Assembly: GCA_021081985.1 (NCBI GenBank)
Contig: GCA_021081985.1_3639.2
Origin: a phage
Length of the DNA stretch: 54,988 nt
Strand: one strand, 5' to 3'
Shown in pieces: positions 54,239 through 54,988 of this stretch. The notes beneath the pieces are model-generated. The model did not search any database. It saw only the letters and a list, made by a program, of their open reading frames with translations, and had not been told where the DNA came from. The position numbers and the translations under genes are program-made. Numbering within the stretch: position 1 is the first letter of the stretch; every line of letters starts with the position of its first letter.

Positions 54239-54544
54239 ACCCATGCTTGTAACACGCCCGTCTGAAGAACCTGTTACCTTTTTATTCAACGGTACAGATA
54301 TGAAATCTGGATAAATCCTTTCAACACAACACTCCATGGCTAATTGCTTTAAGTCGTAGTTTGGATCGCCAGGCTTCATGTTTACACCATCTTCCAAGAA
54401 GAAGATAACTTTTGGAAAAACAGGTGTGACTTTATCTTTGCCAAGTCCGTTTTTGTGAACAAGAAAATAATTCTTTGTAATCATTCTCCCAAAATAGGAA
54501 GTATCAAGCCCAAGGCTCAAGGTGATAAATGGGCATTGCATTGC
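54239..54544 (-). CDS. nrdD: NrdD internal exon; boundaries approximate
   Basis: ORF 54230..54541 (MQCPFITLSLGLDTS ... RVTSMG); the in-frame stop lies just inside the following intron. Confidence 0.55.
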
Positions 54545-54817
54545 CCACTTTATGTTTCCATAAAGACAGACTATCTCTTAGCATCTCCTAGATGCTCTCT
54601 CCGTTTCGGAGTTGGTATTTCAACCAACCACTACACTACTGGGTTGTGCTTCACAAAATCCATTTCGCACCTTTTCGTTAGTCGTTACAACCGCCAAGCC
54701 AGATGCCTGACTGGTCACGGGATTAGCATAGCTCTATGCCTTAGCGTTCCCCGTTAGCCAGAATATATCTGACCCCACTTGTGTGGTTAGGAGAGTTTTA
54801 TAACGGCCATTGTGTTA
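54545..54817 (-). other. Group I intron (ORF-less, about 270 nt) within nrdD; boundaries approximate
   Basis: Begins UAACACAAUGGCC (compare the td intron start UAAUUGAGGCC, recalled) right after exon codon GGU; contains CUAACGGGGAACG, AAUCCCGUG, R-like AACGACUAACG, S-like GAUAGUC and a GNRA hairpin CUUUAUG-GAAA-CAUAAAG before the 3' junction. Confidence 0.6.
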
Positions 54818-54988
54818 ACCGTTAGCACTCATCAAGGTATTTACCTGATAAAGCAATGTCTGCATGGCATCGTAAACATCTTTTTCCGTCATCTGCATAG
54901 CTACACCTTCTGGATCTGGCAGCCATTGCTCCTGACAAAATTTTAGATTTTTATCGTAACTTGCCTTGGCATATTGTTTTAATCCTTC
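54818..54988 (-). CDS. nrdD: NrdD upstream exon, partial (gene continues beyond window end)
   Basis: Minus-strand frame from the window edge reads EGLKQYAKASYDKNLKFCQEQWLPDPEGVAMQMTEKDVYDAMQTLLYQVNTLMSANG, then a stop at the proposed intron start. Confidence 0.45.

Noticed and set aside
1-54988. Prophage or integrative element signatures (integrase, attachment-site repeats, repressor/Cro switch)
   Set aside because: No integrase or recombinase motif was seen and no flanking bacterial genes are present; gene content is that of a virulent phage.

Overview
This window reads as part of a large virulent dsDNA phage genome, probably of an enterobacterial host (sigma70-like TTGACA/TATAAT promoters, AGAGGTAAAT-type ribosome binding sites). 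No tRNA, rRNA, CRISPR array or integrase was found. All calls rest on reading the sequence and recalled motifs; no database search was run. Gene blocks: (1) 1-18.9 kb, minus strand: T7-like family A DNA polymerase (partial), gp4-like primase-helicase, C5-cytosine methyltransferase, Dda-like helicase, rIIB/rIIA-like pair, SleB-family cell wall hydrolase, Rnl2-like RNA ligase, macro-domain protein, MoxR-like AAA ATPase, Mesh1/SpoT-like HD hydrolase. (2) 18.9-25.8 kb, plus strand: HNH-like protein, Lar-like restriction alleviation protein, VWA protein with HExxH domain. (3) 27-35 kb, plus strand: about 21 small early-type genes with their own promoters, 5' stem-loops and terminators. (4) 34.95-37.5 kb: gene-poor, repeat- and hairpin-rich region. 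(5) 37.5-55 kb, minus strand: DUF551 protein, HigA-like HTH protein, Pol-beta nucleotidyltransferase, PTH2-like protein, CCA-adding enzyme, Dam-like methyltransferase, ClpP-like protease, PhoH, GH19 endolysin, NrdG, and NrdD split into at least four exons by three small ORF-less group I introns. Most notable: the triple-intron nrdD, and a dispersed set of RNA/tRNA-end repair genes (Cca, HD hydrolase, RNA ligase, macro domain, nucleotidyltransferase, PTH2-like) that may counter tRNA-targeting host defences.
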